Source of the DNA: Vicugna vicugna
Lineage: Eukaryota
DNA length: 64,000 nucleotides
Assembly: GCA_013265495.1 (NCBI GenBank)
Contig: MU058636.1
Coordinates: 4,685,741 to 4,749,740 of the forward strand
Direction: 5' to 3'
The position numbers were made by a program, and so were the translations under genes. Below the pieces are notes generated by a model. It saw only the letters and a list, made by a program, of their open reading frames with translations, ran no database searches and was not told the DNA's origin. Positions 16,321 to 30,625 of this stretch are shown one piece after another (the first letter of the stretch is position 1; each line of letters starts with the position of its first letter).

Positions 16321-16673
16321 TCCCAGATTAGGTCTTGAGGCAGACACGGAGCAAGCGGAGACGGGGGCTGAGGGCGGAGCTGCGGCACCTGGGGGCACAT
16401 GGAGCAGGAAGAGCAGGGCAGCAGCAGGACCAAGAAAGCCCGGAGGTGGAGGTGGGGAGACTTGAGACAGCGGGAGCCGTCCATAGCTTAAAATGCAGTT
16501 GGGATTGTTGGGGTGTTTTTTTGTTTGTTTGTTTGTTTGTTTTTTGATTGGTTTGGATTTTCAAATCAAGGAGGTACCTTATTAGCAAAAGTTGTACAGG
16601 GTTATTTTAAACTTTTTTTATTTGAATGTGGACAGAATCAGTCTTTTTTTATTAGCTGGTTTCCTAAACGTAG

Positions 16674-17042
<369 letters not shown>

Positions 17043-18714
17043 TAATCATTTCTGTAAACTTTAGCATGACTGTGTAGTGGCAAAGGTCAAAACTAGTTGC
17101 CTGGAGAAAGAGAGACATATTTCACATTTATATCAAATGAAAGCTTCTGAGTCCAAACTGAGTTCTGTTTTTTAAGAGCACATTGAGGGTCATATTCACT
17201 GGCCTCTTATTTGGCAGCTTTTAAAAACAGAAGCTAGCTCAGTTATATAAAAGTGACTTGTAAAAAAAGAGAGAGAACTTGAAAATGGAATGATCTTAAG
17301 TATTTTAAACCATGACCTTTGCTCATTCTTTGTCTGATAGCTGTCATGGCCTCTTGTGTCTGCAGTCTTGTTCCCTGAACCTCAGCCAAACAAGGAAATG
17401 ACTGAGATTTGCAGGAATACAGAATCTGCCTTTATGGTTGCCTCCCCAAGTCACACTGCTTTTTAAACCGGTAAAACCGTCTAAATTCTTGGCTTGAGAC
17501 AGAGGGAAGTGTGGAGGGACGTGACTTGTGCACCAAGCTAAGGAGTCAGGAAGAAAAGGGGACAGAAAATAGTCAGGTTTACCAGCTGGTCCATGGATGA
17601 ACTTTTGGGAGGCCTGTATTTAACTCGTTTACTCTAAGATGTAAAAGTACATCTGCTTCCCTGTCTCTCTTACCCCACGACCCGTAAGCCCCCCATCAGC
17701 AGAAACTACGATCTGCCCACTTTGTAACCAGGGTCTGGTATGGTGTCTGGTACATGCTGGGTCCTTCATAAATATTCATCAACTCGGCTGATGAGTTAGT
17801 TCGCTAAAGGAATAAACCACATCTGCTTACACAGAACTTACTCGCTCTGTGAAGTCAGTGGTAGCCCCGTTGGGTTTTTTCACACGGTGCTCTGATTGAC
17901 CTTTTATTACTTCGGTGTTCAGGATGAGATGCTGTTTTCTGTCATTGTGATACCTGCATCTCTGTACAGTATGTATATGATACCAAGGTATCAGATCAGT
18001 ATTCTTCCATTTTCTGTGTTGCTGGAGGAAAAGCTACTTCTGCTCTTTGACTTAAGTTTGTTCCAGAGAGGTACAAACACCTGTAGCCAGTCAGTGGCAG
18101 GCCCCAGAGTCCCAGCTGCTCCAGAAAAATGGGCCTTGAGAGACAGGTGGAGAATTACCAGCCAGTTCCTGCCATGGGCCTACGAACAGGTTTCTGCGGA
18201 GACCTTCCTGGGGCCCAGGTTTGAGAAGTGGACACTCCAGGACTGTAAGGAAGTGAAAGTTCTAAAGTGCTGCCCAAGAACCTGGCCCTGACCTCATTCA
18301 TTTAAATAATTGAAAAGATATAAATGATTTAAATAAACTTTTAAATAAGTGAGAGCATATCAAGACTGGTGATTATGGGCTGGGAAGAGGTGAAGAAATT
18401 TTGGTCTCTTGTTATAACTCTTAAGAAATTCTTTCAGGCCTAAACATCTGGTAACTGACTCTACTTTCCTGCGTGTTTTCCTTCTAATCTTTACAGTTGT
18501 TTCTAAAGTGTGTTTAAGAACAAGCGACTGGATTTGTTTTCAGGTACTAAAGAGGGTGGGAAAATGCTGAAGATGCTGACTGATTTAGATGTGCACTTGA
18601 ACTTCAGGAAAATGAGCCTCCTTGAAACACTGAACTCCTCTGAGTTTTAGTCAATAAGCAGTTCTTGGCGGCTGCTGGGTCAGAGTGATCCGTATGCCAC
18701 AGAACTATTAATGA

Positions 18715-18951
<237 letters not shown>

Positions 18952-20899
18952 TAGGGGACCTACTGAACCCAGCTGCCCGCGTGATACGGGGTCCGTGCGT
19001 CCACCATCCCAGCCTTGCCCGTCTGGGTGTCAGCACTGCAGTGATGAGGATCTCACCGGCTTCCGAGGGGGCAGATTTTATCTTTGAACAGTGCATTACC
19101 TTGAGTTGAAGTCAGACACTTTGTTGCTTCTGCTCATTGGTCCTAGCTCTTTTGAGGCTCAGAAGATGAAATCTGATCGAAATTTCAAGTGGCGGCCCTT
19201 CAGGCACTTAAAGAAATACCACCCCTCTGCCCCTCACCCAGATGAGTCCTCTTTTCTCCAAGTGCATCCTTAGTTCTCCCGACCAATCCTATGCGATAGG
19301 GCCGCACCCCCAGTGACCATCCTGCCTGCTGCCCCGTGAGCCTGCCCTCCTGTCGTGGGCTCCATGCACGGCCGAGCCCTGCGGAGCAGAGCGGCTGCCG
19401 GCTTTCTCTGCGGTTCTGTTACCACAGCCCCAGACTGCATCCACCCTCGGGATGCCTGCTTCACAGTGCTGGTGTCACTGGACTTACTGTCAAGTGAAAC
19501 TCCTGTATCATTTGGGGCTCTTTCTGTGACATGTGCCAAAAGCCCAGGGAGAAAGTATCTTAAGTGGAAAAGGAATTTATTAACTCATATACCATGGCTT
19601 CGAGCACAGCTGCATTCTAGCACACAAACCCCTTAGACTCTCTCTCTCCTTCTCGCTATCCCCACCGTCCCTTCCCAAAATCTTGGCCCTGCCTGCTTTC
19701 CTCTCTGCTGACTTCACTCTCAGGCAGACTCTGCCCACATGAGGCACCACGGCCTCTGCACCATGGCAGCTCCAGATTGCCGTGGTCTTTGTCTCTGATG
19801 ATTTCAAGACAGACGCCTTCCCTCCCCAACGTCCCCAACAGCTCCACAAAAAGGACCCTTGCAGGATGTGTGAGGGAGGCAAAGCCCCACTTAGTGGGAG
19901 AAGAGCCGTTCCCAAGATACAAAAGGACCACGTTGCTGGAAGAAGGGAAGTGGGTGCTGAGCAGAGAAAAACCCTTTGTAAGCCCAGCAGGACTCACCTT
20001 CACTCTGCAAGGCTGGGACAGTGTACGCCACAGCACGGCGCCTGCTGGAGCAGAGCTGGTCCCAGTGAGTGCTCACTGATGGTTGAATAGAGAGCCCGCT
20101 GTACTTCCTTGCAGGGCTGGATAAGAGAAGAATAATGTGCAGTCCATTTCTGTGTTCCTCTTTGTTGACTCCTTCCCAGAATTGTAAAATGCCCACTAAA
20201 ACTTAGGGAAATAGGTTAGTAAATCTCTTGTTGTCCTTCAGCATCAAGGCCCTCCTGTCTTTGACCTTGAAATGATAATGTATTGAGCGTCCTATCTATA
20301 ATTTAAGAAGGACGCGGGGAACCGAGTTCTGTTTGGAAGGAAAACCTGTGAGTGATCTTAGCCTCCTTGCAGTCTCCCTATTAAATGAGATTAAACGAGA
20401 AAAAAAATCATTTTCAAGAGATTAGAGTGATTGCTTTAAGAGGAATTCTGAAGCACCTTTAACATTTTTTTTTAGGCTCTGGTTACTCATCCTTTTCATT
20501 ATCAACTCACCGATCATTCTGAGACCTAGTTTATCTGTGCCATTGGAAAACGTGGTGGTTTGCAGAAGAATCCCCATGCTTAAGGGACTGAAGATTAAGG
20601 TTTATGAAGAAAAATAAAGAATTGAATCTGTTTAACTTTAGGAAGAATAAATTGAGAAAGATTTAATATGGCTTGCAAATAATTGAATTTTTTAACTCTA
20701 CAGAAAGTAAAATTATCCTCCCACTTGAGGAAAACAGATTTGTGTTATAATATAATAGATTTAACTTAGATGTAAGGAGACCCTTGTGAGTGCTGGACAC
20801 TGTAGCTCACAAGAAAAGATGATCAAGGGGAGAAATGAGTATCTGCTACCGAACCGAGGGACTGATTGTCACGCCCCCTCCCTGGGGAAAACTTAGATC

Positions 20900-21400
20900 C
20901 TTACTGACCAGTAGAAACGTAATGTGAGCCCCATTTTAAATGTTCTAATTGTCCCCCTTTGAAAAAAAGTTCAAGGAGCGGGGAGGGTGTAGCTCAGTGG
21001 TAGAGTGCCATGCTTAGCATGCACAAGGTCCTGGGTTCAATCCCCAGTTCCTCCTTTAAAATAAATACTTAATTACCTTCCCCACCCAAAAAAAAGACTG
21101 ATTAATAAAATTTTTAAAGTTTAAAAAAAAATTTTTTAAGTAAAAGGAAACAGGTATAAGTTCATTTTAATAATATATTTTAGTTAACATAATATACCTA
21201 AAATATATCCAAACCTAATACAACTTAAATACAGGTTATATTATAACTATGTATCTAAAATATTATTTTTTCAATATATAATCAATATTTTACAATTATT
21301 GATGAGATATTTCACATCCCTTTTTCATACCAACTGTTTGTGTATTTTGCATCTCAGTTCTCACCAGCCACATTTCAGGTGGGTTAAACTACGGTTTTAG
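20900..21400 (+). mobile_element. hAT-Charlie MITE (MER33-like) interrupted by a SINE
   Basis: agtagaaacgtaatgtgagcc...aaaaggaaacaggt...ttttaataatatatttt...gatgagatattt...ccacatttcaggtg resembles MER33. Confidence 0.65.
20979..21140 (+). mobile_element. tRNA-Ala-derived camelid SINE nested in the MER33-like element
   Basis: ggggagggtgtagctcagtggtagagtg...gggttcaatccccag; degenerate TSD aagttcaagga / aagtaaaagga. Confidence 0.85.
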
Positions 21401-21601
<201 letters not shown>

Positions 21602-23523
21602 TAAATAGTTTAGAAGAGTCAACTATGAATTGCAAGTATGCTATCCACCACCTAGATCAAACCCCTAGATTGTTTCTCTTCACACTATGATTTTTAATCT
21701 TAGTTCAAAGCAGTGAAAGATGTTGTTTGCTATTTGCTCCACTGTCTGTTAAAATACTCAGTGATTTCCATTTTTTAATATCTTGGATTTTTAATAAGTA
21801 TGCTCAGACTGCCTCAGAATATGTATGTGTGACTCTCCTGCAGCACCATGTATGACACACAGTCCTTGTGGGTGTGATTTCACTCTCTGTGCACACACCT
21901 CTTACTGTGATTAGATGTCTCATGTACAATGGAAGTGAAAATAATGACATACTATCATGTTTTTTATCTCATATAAACTTCCACTGATGTTATGGTTTTT
22001 TTAAAAAGCCATTGGGCTCTGGAATAAATGAATAATTGAAGTATTAGGAGTTAGTTTCTGAAGCTTTTATAAAATTTAGAAAATTCAAATTGTGTGTGTG
22101 AGAAAGTATACTGTAGCAAAAGCAGTAAAAAATCTCAGGGTTTGGTTTCACCAAACATTTTTATTTCATGTATATCACAGCATCTTTATTAGTAACCAAA
22201 ACAGAAATAGCAAACTAAATAATTTCCCAGGTAAAAAGAACTAGCAAACAATTTCTCTGTGGAGCTACTTTTAAAATTCCAAAATGTATGTACTAATGTA
22301 GTTGGTGAGCAGGAGAAATGTATGAGACAAAAAGACTTGCTGAAGTGCAAACTGATACTTCTCATCCTCTGGGAATGCACCCCAGCCAGAAGCATGGCTT
22401 CCGTTGAAGTCACCTTCTGAATAATTGATCAGTGGGTTTCTGCTGCTCCTGTGACTTTACTGAGAGCAGAGGGACGAGGCGGTAGTGGCCGGGCAGACGG
22501 AGCCAACGAGCGCCCAAGGGAGAGGAGCAGGACGGCCTGTGCGGCGCAGCACAGCCGGCGAGGGCCGTTTCTTACAGCTTTGTGGTTGCACTTTCTCCTC
22601 GAGATCCCAGCTGCCTGCTTCTGTGCTGAGGCCTTTCTAGCTGGAAATGTTTACCTGGACCATGTTACAAATAAGAGAAGCAGCACCAACTGAGAGAGGG
22701 AGCCTTCAGCTGAAGAAATCAGAATTCTAGTCTCATCTCTCACTGACTAGCTGTCTGGTCCTCGGTGCTGTTTATCTCATGTGCGCACTTGCAATCCTGC
22801 ACCGACTGTGTGTCTCGTACCATTTTGTGAGAACATAGTGTTAGGCCTGTTCTTAAACACTGGAGGGAAAATAAAGCATACTTAAAATCCATTCACTCTT
22901 TTCACTTTGGAGAGACATCTGGTACCTTTAAATTCTAATAAATGACTTCCTTACTTTCAAGAAAGACCAAGACGTTATAATGGCTGAATAAGGAATACTG
23001 TTCATTTTATTTAATATCAGTCTATGTTCAGGAGAGGCTGGATGGCAAAACATTTAGGTTCATTTTAGTCTATTATTTCTGCAAAGTTCTACTAAAATGG
23101 CCCAGTGAAAAGAACCTAAACAAAGAAGTTAATTTTAAAATATTAACATACTACAGTTTTCATGGGAGAAAAAAGTTATATTTTGTTTAAATCAACAGGT
23201 CGCGAATTTAAGTAGGAATTATGAGCACGGCTGCTCAGTTCCTCTTATGTGATCAAATGAACAAGTACTGTACTTTTTGGCTTCTGCTTCTTTTTCCTTC
23301 CCAGTTCTTGGCTTATCTCTAAAAGGGTTAAACCCTTTGCTCTCACAGTTCATTCTACGATAACATATCTTGGCATCAGCAGTCCTTAAAATATTACATG
23401 TTAGAGTGCGCGCGTGTGTGTGTGTGTGAATGAATGTGTTCAATGTCTAACCTCAGTCAGTTCAGAAAGAATGGAAAATTTCTTGTATACTCCAGTCTGT
23501 CTGTGAACACATGCTCAGTTGCC

Positions 23524-23584
23524 ACACACACACATACACACACACACACACACACATACAACCCCACACGCACATGCACGCACA
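23524..23584. repeat. (CA)n microsatellite, interrupted
   Basis: acacacacacatacacacacacacacacacacatacaaccccacacgcac. Confidence 0.9.
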
Positions 23585-23740
23585 GGTAGGATCCTGTTTC
23601 CATCCACTAAGAAGCCGCGATTTGACTCGAACATTTTCCTAGTGCGAGAACTTGCGTCTTTGCAACGAGTTTAATCTGAAGGCACCTGTCCAACATAAAT
23701 AATAAAAGAGCGGTCTAAAAATACCCACTTAAGGAATTAG

Positions 23741-24133
<393 letters not shown>

Positions 24134-24262
24134 TGACTTATTCAAAGTACGGCAGCTTAACTTTGGCAGAAGTCGCCACACCCTTCCTGTCTGAGTCCAC
24201 AGCCAGAGCGGCCAAGTTCTTTCTAAATGGCAGAGATCCGACTTTGAATGACCACACGGAGA

Positions 24263-24286
24263 CTGTGTGTGTGTGTGTGTGTGTGT
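24263..24286. repeat. (TG)n microsatellite
   Basis: Uninterrupted tgtgtg run. Confidence 0.9.
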
Positions 24287-25939
24287 AGCCCAAAGATGAA
24301 CTTAAACAAACAGAAAAAAATCACAGGTACACTCCAGGTCTGAGCCTGTTCTCTGGTACCTGCGTAAAACATGCTAAGCATGTCACTATTTCAAATGTGA
24401 CATCACTCGAGTTTGATAACTTTGAAGCTTGCCTGCTGCCACATGCGGTCAGAGCCTGAGGGCCCCGGCATCTCTGGGCTGTTTGATGAAGCTGTCAGAA
24501 CTGGAAGCTAGATGGAACACACGAGAGAGCTCTTGGCTCCACTTTTGGCTGGGAGCTGGCATTCCTGACACCTGGAGCGACTGAATTCAGGTCTCAACAG
24601 GCAAATGCAGATTCATTTATGTGAACGCTCATCATGGTAATAAGGTGCTTTCAGTTACGAGTCATGTTTTTGAAAACTGGGATCAGAAGGAGGGGCGCCA
24701 TGTCAGCAGCTCGGGGACATGTTCCAGCTGAGGGGCAGCCTTCCGCCTCCTGGGATTAACACTTAAGTTCCCTGGAGTGAGACTGGCATCTGTCCACCTG
24801 GTCCCCAGCCTGGCATGCGATGCTGCTTCACATACTTGAGCTCACATTTCACTGAGCGTGCTGTATTTCCCAGACAAAGACAGGGCTTTCTGCAAGTCAT
24901 GCAGTTAAAATGGAGGCCCAGAGCCAAAGCTGATACAGCCTATGGCAGGTAGGCACCTCCGAACTTAAGTTAGGAAAATGATGCTTCAAGTGGCTGCTTA
25001 CCTTCCCTCCAAGGATACGATTGTTAATCAATCCACTCATGTCCAGGGGAGGCTGAGGAGCGAGCCACCTTTGTCCTTCCTGGACCACTGACCGCCCTGG
25101 CTGTCTGCGCCAGCAAGGGAGCATCCTGTCCTCAGAATGAAGAATGTTTTCTTTACCAATTCTCTCCCTGGAAAACAAGTTAGCAGACCCAGTCCTTAAA
25201 GAGTCTAAAGGCATTGACTGCAAGGCACCTTTAAAATAAGTGTCAGCTTTTCACCTTGAATTGTTCTAGAACCAGTAAAAAGTATTGCAGCATTTTCTGA
25301 CTTAACTATTATTAGTGATAAAGAAATCAGCCATTAAATGTGGTGAGAATTATTTAAAGTCTCATGCAAAATACAACTGTTTTGAATAGTTTTGAAGTGA
25401 TCCAGGGGATATATGGAATGTTAAAAGATGAGCTTTCTGATCTGGGCAACTGACCTAACCTTTGTTTTTAGGCTAGAATTCAAGCTTGGGCATCCTCTTC
25501 ACTCTGGAGATTAAAATAAGGAGGGAAAAATTGATGAAACAAGAGAGGCATTGTTTTTCAGTCTCAGCCAAAGAAAAGGTGTTATGTGAAGGGACCTAGC
25601 AAGAATGATGTAGAGGAATCAGACACAATTTCAGAACGACTAACAAATTTACTTTCTATCAAAACAAAGTAAGGAAAACCTTAGGTGCCTATCACTTAAA
25701 AATAAACATTATACTAATGTTTTTCAGAGATGATAAATAATGAATACTGCACCTTCCTTCTAGAGTTTTTTTGTCCTAGCCACCAAGAACTAAAAAATCA
25801 TAGGGATTATTTGATCTTGTGTGATTAAGATTTTATAAGAAACTCAGGAATGTGAAAGTATAGATTTTCTCCAAATAAATAAACCATTTGAGAATGTTTT
25901 GCTACTTCTCCATAAGGTTATCATTAGAGATTGTAGCGT

Positions 25940-26190
25940 GCTTGCAGAGTGGTGGCGTGAAAGTGCCTGGGCTTTGGAGCCAGACAGGTCTAACTGTGAC
26001 TTTCAACTCTGCCACTGACCCAGCTGCATGACCTTAAGCATGGATGCAGCTTCTCTTGGCATCTTCCTCTGCTGAATGGGTGTGACAGTACAGGCCCACA
26101 GAGTTGATGTGAGGCTCCACGAAGATGACCTGGGCAAAGCTTTTCACATAGCTCCATGTACATAGTATGCCTTCTAAATGTCTGTTCCTT
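25940..26190 (+). mobile_element. MIR
   Basis: gggctttggagccagacagg...ctctgccactgacccagctgcatgacctt...gttgatgtgagg. Confidence 0.65.
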
Positions 26191-26884
26191 TGTACTGGCA
26201 TTGGTGAATAATTTCAGTATTTCCTCATCTGAGAAAGTTAAGCATATTTGGCTTCTAGATCAAAACACATTTATCAGAAAAAAAAGAGAGAGAGAATTTT
26301 TTTGTCATGTCTGTTCCTTTTCATCAAATAGCCTCAGAATGTATTGACTAATATATTTAAGGGTTTGCCTTTGAACTCTTCTGAATCTTTAAAAGGTGCT
26401 GTGTCTTTGCTATTAATTGCACATCAGCAGTGAAACAGATCATGATCACACGCACCTCTGGCTTTGTGAGCAGGATCAGGTGATGTCACCTTTTTTTCCC
26501 AGCTGATGACCCCCATGCGTCTTCCCGTGACATTCCATAATTTTTCCCTAAATAGAAATTTAGGCATTCCAAAAAAAAAAAAGTGTTGAGGAGATCAAAG
26601 TTTTCACTGAAGTGGAAGGCTATTTCAGAAATTGCATTTGTGATGTGTTACCAACTACATCATCCACCACTAAGAGGTTTGGAATATCTGGTGTTTGATA
26701 CTGATTTTTCTCTTTGGGGTTTATGTATCTTTATCATTTTTTTAAGTTGCATCTATGTAAGTATATATTGTTAGTACTGTTGCTGTTGTATTAAAACTAA
26801 GACAAATGCACTTGAGTATCTGTAATATAATCATTTTAAATAGACCTCTTATTTGTTTTTCTGTCCATTCAATCTGCTTCCCAG

Positions 26885-26893
26885 GAACTTCAG
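26885..26893 (+). CDS. FRY: FRY 9-nt alternative microexon (ELQ)
   Basis: tttttctgtccattcaatctgcttcccag|GAACTTCAG|gtaagat; phase 0/0 inside a phase-0 intron. Confidence 0.75.
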
Positions 26894-28755
26894 GTAAGAT
26901 GGTGCTATTTTTGATTCGGATATGCTAGTAGATGTTTTGCATCGTTGCAGATTTATAACAACATAATTGCTTTTTTCCTCCCGTCTAGCGTATGTGTGCC
27001 TATTTCCGTACCTACACTGAGGTGTGTGTGACAGAAGGAAGTATTTTTCTTGGTTGCTCTAGAAGGGAAATGCTTTCTAAAGTATAAGTACAAGGCAGTT
27101 TTAAAATCTTTCTGTGTCTAGTTCTGGAAGTTGCATGATTATATCTCATGAGAGAAAGTAAGTTTTTAAATAGGATCCATGGAAATCCCGTAATTTCTGA
27201 TCAGGAAGTTGTACAACCGGATTGGTTTTATTGTTAAACTCTTCTGTTAAAGGTGAAGTCAGTAAGCTTTATCTAACAATTTACCACATACACTTCCAAT
27301 CAATTCCTTTCATTTTCCAGGAATTAGGAGCTATCTTTGTATGGTTTCATTCAAATGAGGACCCTTTTGCAAGTGAAAGAGGGTCTGGTAATAATTATAC
27401 CCAGACAGCAGGCATGAACCAGGATTATCCTAAGCAAACTGACCTATCATCACCCAGTATCTAGGCGATAAGGACTTACACTAAGTAGGGACATTTGGGG
27501 AAACATATTTTGACCACAGTCCATCCATATTCCTGCAGCAGTAATTCTTACTTGATGGAATTCCAATAAGAAAAAAATTACTTCAAAGAATATTATTTCA
27601 ACATTTCTAGAATATTGAGTTATTAATACTTTCTCATCTCACTAGAAATCCTGAGGGGCGATTTAAGTTTGGTAACAGACATGTGCACATTGTCCATCCA
27701 GAAGAGTTAGCCATCTTCTAAATGTTCTCACACATAGAAAATCTGACTTAAGCAACCCGGGCTCAGTGTGGGACACTTCCAGAACTGCTGCCTGAGATAG
27801 TTCATCCAACCCATCCATTGATTTGGTGCCAGAGAGTCAACTGTGTGAATTTATGTTGTGTGTCTGTCCATTTCTCCCAGTAGTTTTCACATTCTTCTTT
27901 TTATTCTGTATTACACTCCCCTTTTCTTTAACTTCTTTATTTCTTCACACATTCCATTTTTTTTTTCCTTCCCAGAACTCTTGCCTCTTCCACTTTTTTT
28001 TTTTTCACTGAAATAGCTATTTTAAAATATCAGCTTAACAAAGCCTTTTCTACCAGGAAAAAAAAATTATCTGATGGTAATTTATCACAGCATAAAAGGT
28101 ACAGATACAGCTACAAAATATGGAAACCATATTCTCAGTTTTCCTCTTATAATCAAACAGTCCTAAAAACAATCATAAACATCAGAAATGGGGGTGGATA
28201 AAGATAGCAATTTCCATATCCAGGATGTGTACAGGATTCTCATCTGCCGCCTTCCCCTGTGAATAGCCAAAACAGACTTGGGAAAAGCTAAGCATTTTTA
28301 GAAGAGATCTCTGTGAGAATGACCAGCTTTGTCTCATTGGGAACCAGAAAAAACAGATCCTTAAAACAAGAGAAAAATTAATACAATTAATGCTCATTAA
28401 TTTTAATAGTAATTTACATCTCTCACTGAAATTATATTATGATGCTACTTACTGAGCTCTCACCATAAAGTTATTTTATTTATTTCAGTGAACTGTCACT
28501 ATTTCAAATGACTAATAAATGACAGGATTCTGTGCTAGATTTTATTCAGATTACCTATTTGTTAATAGGTTAAAATTTGCTTACCAGTGGGCTGGTAGTA
28601 TTTCGCATGTTTTATTCCTATAGAGAATAGCTTAACAGAGAGAAAAATAAAACCCAGTTTAGTTTTTAGAAAAAAAATTTTATGTTCGTCAAGTAAACTT
28701 AACATCTGATGGTGGTAGAGAAATATGCCTGAAATCTTTAACACTTACATTGCCA

Positions 28756-28896
28756 GGGAGGGAAATAGCTCAGTGGTAGAGTGCATGCTTAGCATGCATG
28801 AGGTCCTGGGTTCAATCCCCAGTACCCCCATTTTTTTAAAAAATGAAATAAAAAAATAAAGATTTTTTTTTCAAGTTAAAAAAAAAAAACAAAAAC
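28756..28896 (+). mobile_element. tRNA-Ala-derived camelid SINE
   Basis: tagctcagtggtagagtgcatgcttagcatgcatgaggtcctgggttcaatcccc; perfect 9-bp TSD acattgcca at 28747 and 28897. Confidence 0.9.
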
Positions 28897-29626
28897 ACAT
28901 TGCCACTTAGCCTCGTTCTCAGTGAATCCAAATGTACAGTTTAGCAGTGACCCTTGGTACCAAGGCAGTTCATTCAGGCCCAAGGAGGGAATTATTTTCT
29001 ATGTTGGGACACTTATTTAAAGATGCGCCTCATGCAAACCTTCAGCCTTGCTGCCCGGCCCCTGCGTAGTGCATGAGCGTCAGGCCACGCCCAGCTGCTC
29101 TCTCATACTCTTTAACTCTGCATTTGATCTGTGAAAACCGCTGCGGCAGAAACGGCTGGAATGTTGACCTAATGCTCGTCTACGTAATACCGAAGGGCGT
29201 GGAATGTGCCACGAGCATAGCTCCCACTTCTCTTTCTGAAATCGGGACTAAAGTGGGGCGGGATGTGGGGCAGGAGCCACCTCTTTGACGTTGTTTTACT
29301 GTTCAGTCTCTTTCTGACAGGTTTTGTTGACACAGATTCTTTATAGCGTATCCCCACAGGTCACCTTGTAAGAAAACAAAATATGACTCACTAGGCCAAA
29401 GAAGAGTGTGTAGTCACGTCTGCCTAGGACTTAACATGCGTTTAGGTGGGAACAGTGTGCTCTTTACTGCTTTCCACATCTTGGAAGCGAAAAGTCTGGT
29501 GCCCGGGGCCAGGAGGGCTGGAGGGCTGATCGTGAGAGCGCTTCTTTCTGAGCTGTGGCTAGCTGAAGGTGTGACGGTCTGAGTGCAGGGAGGTTTCTGA
29601 CCTAAACACAGCAGCTGATGGTGTGA

Positions 29627-29887
<261 letters not shown>

Positions 29888-30346
29888 TAGTTCAGGCAGC
29901 GCTGCAGTTTCCAGGTGCAGCTCGAGAAACTTCCCACAGCGGCTAAACCAAAACCTGAAGTGTCCGGTGGTGTCTGAGTCTAACTGGCCTTTTCTCCCTA
30001 GGTTGCAAATGGAAACAAAAGCTGGGCTTTTTGATGAGCTCTGAGCGCCATCAAGTCTGTTCAGGCCTAGATTTTCCCCCAGTAACTTCTATTATGCTGG
30101 AATCTTTTTGGAAAAAAAAAATCCTCAGACATCTGAAGTGTGAGGAAACATGGCAGGACAGACGTTTTGATGGGGCGATCTGGAAGTCAGGGTATTTGTG
30201 TTTTGGAGAGCGGCGCCGTCACACCAGACCGCCGGCTGCCGCGCTTACGTTCCGTAGCAGTGAAGTGTGCAGGTGGGACCGTCAGTACGTAGCCGCCACC
30301 AACCAGCCTGTGTGAGCTCGTGCGAAGACTGAAGTAGAGCCTCTAA

Positions 30347-30625
<279 letters not shown>

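Noticed and set aside
27340..27460. Possible MER81-like hAT fragment
   Set aside because: Too degenerate to call by eye.
28756..28830. Possible tRNA-Ala(AGC) gene
   Set aside because: It has an A-rich tail, TSDs and an extended 5' end, and four sibling copies lie nearby, so it is a SINE.
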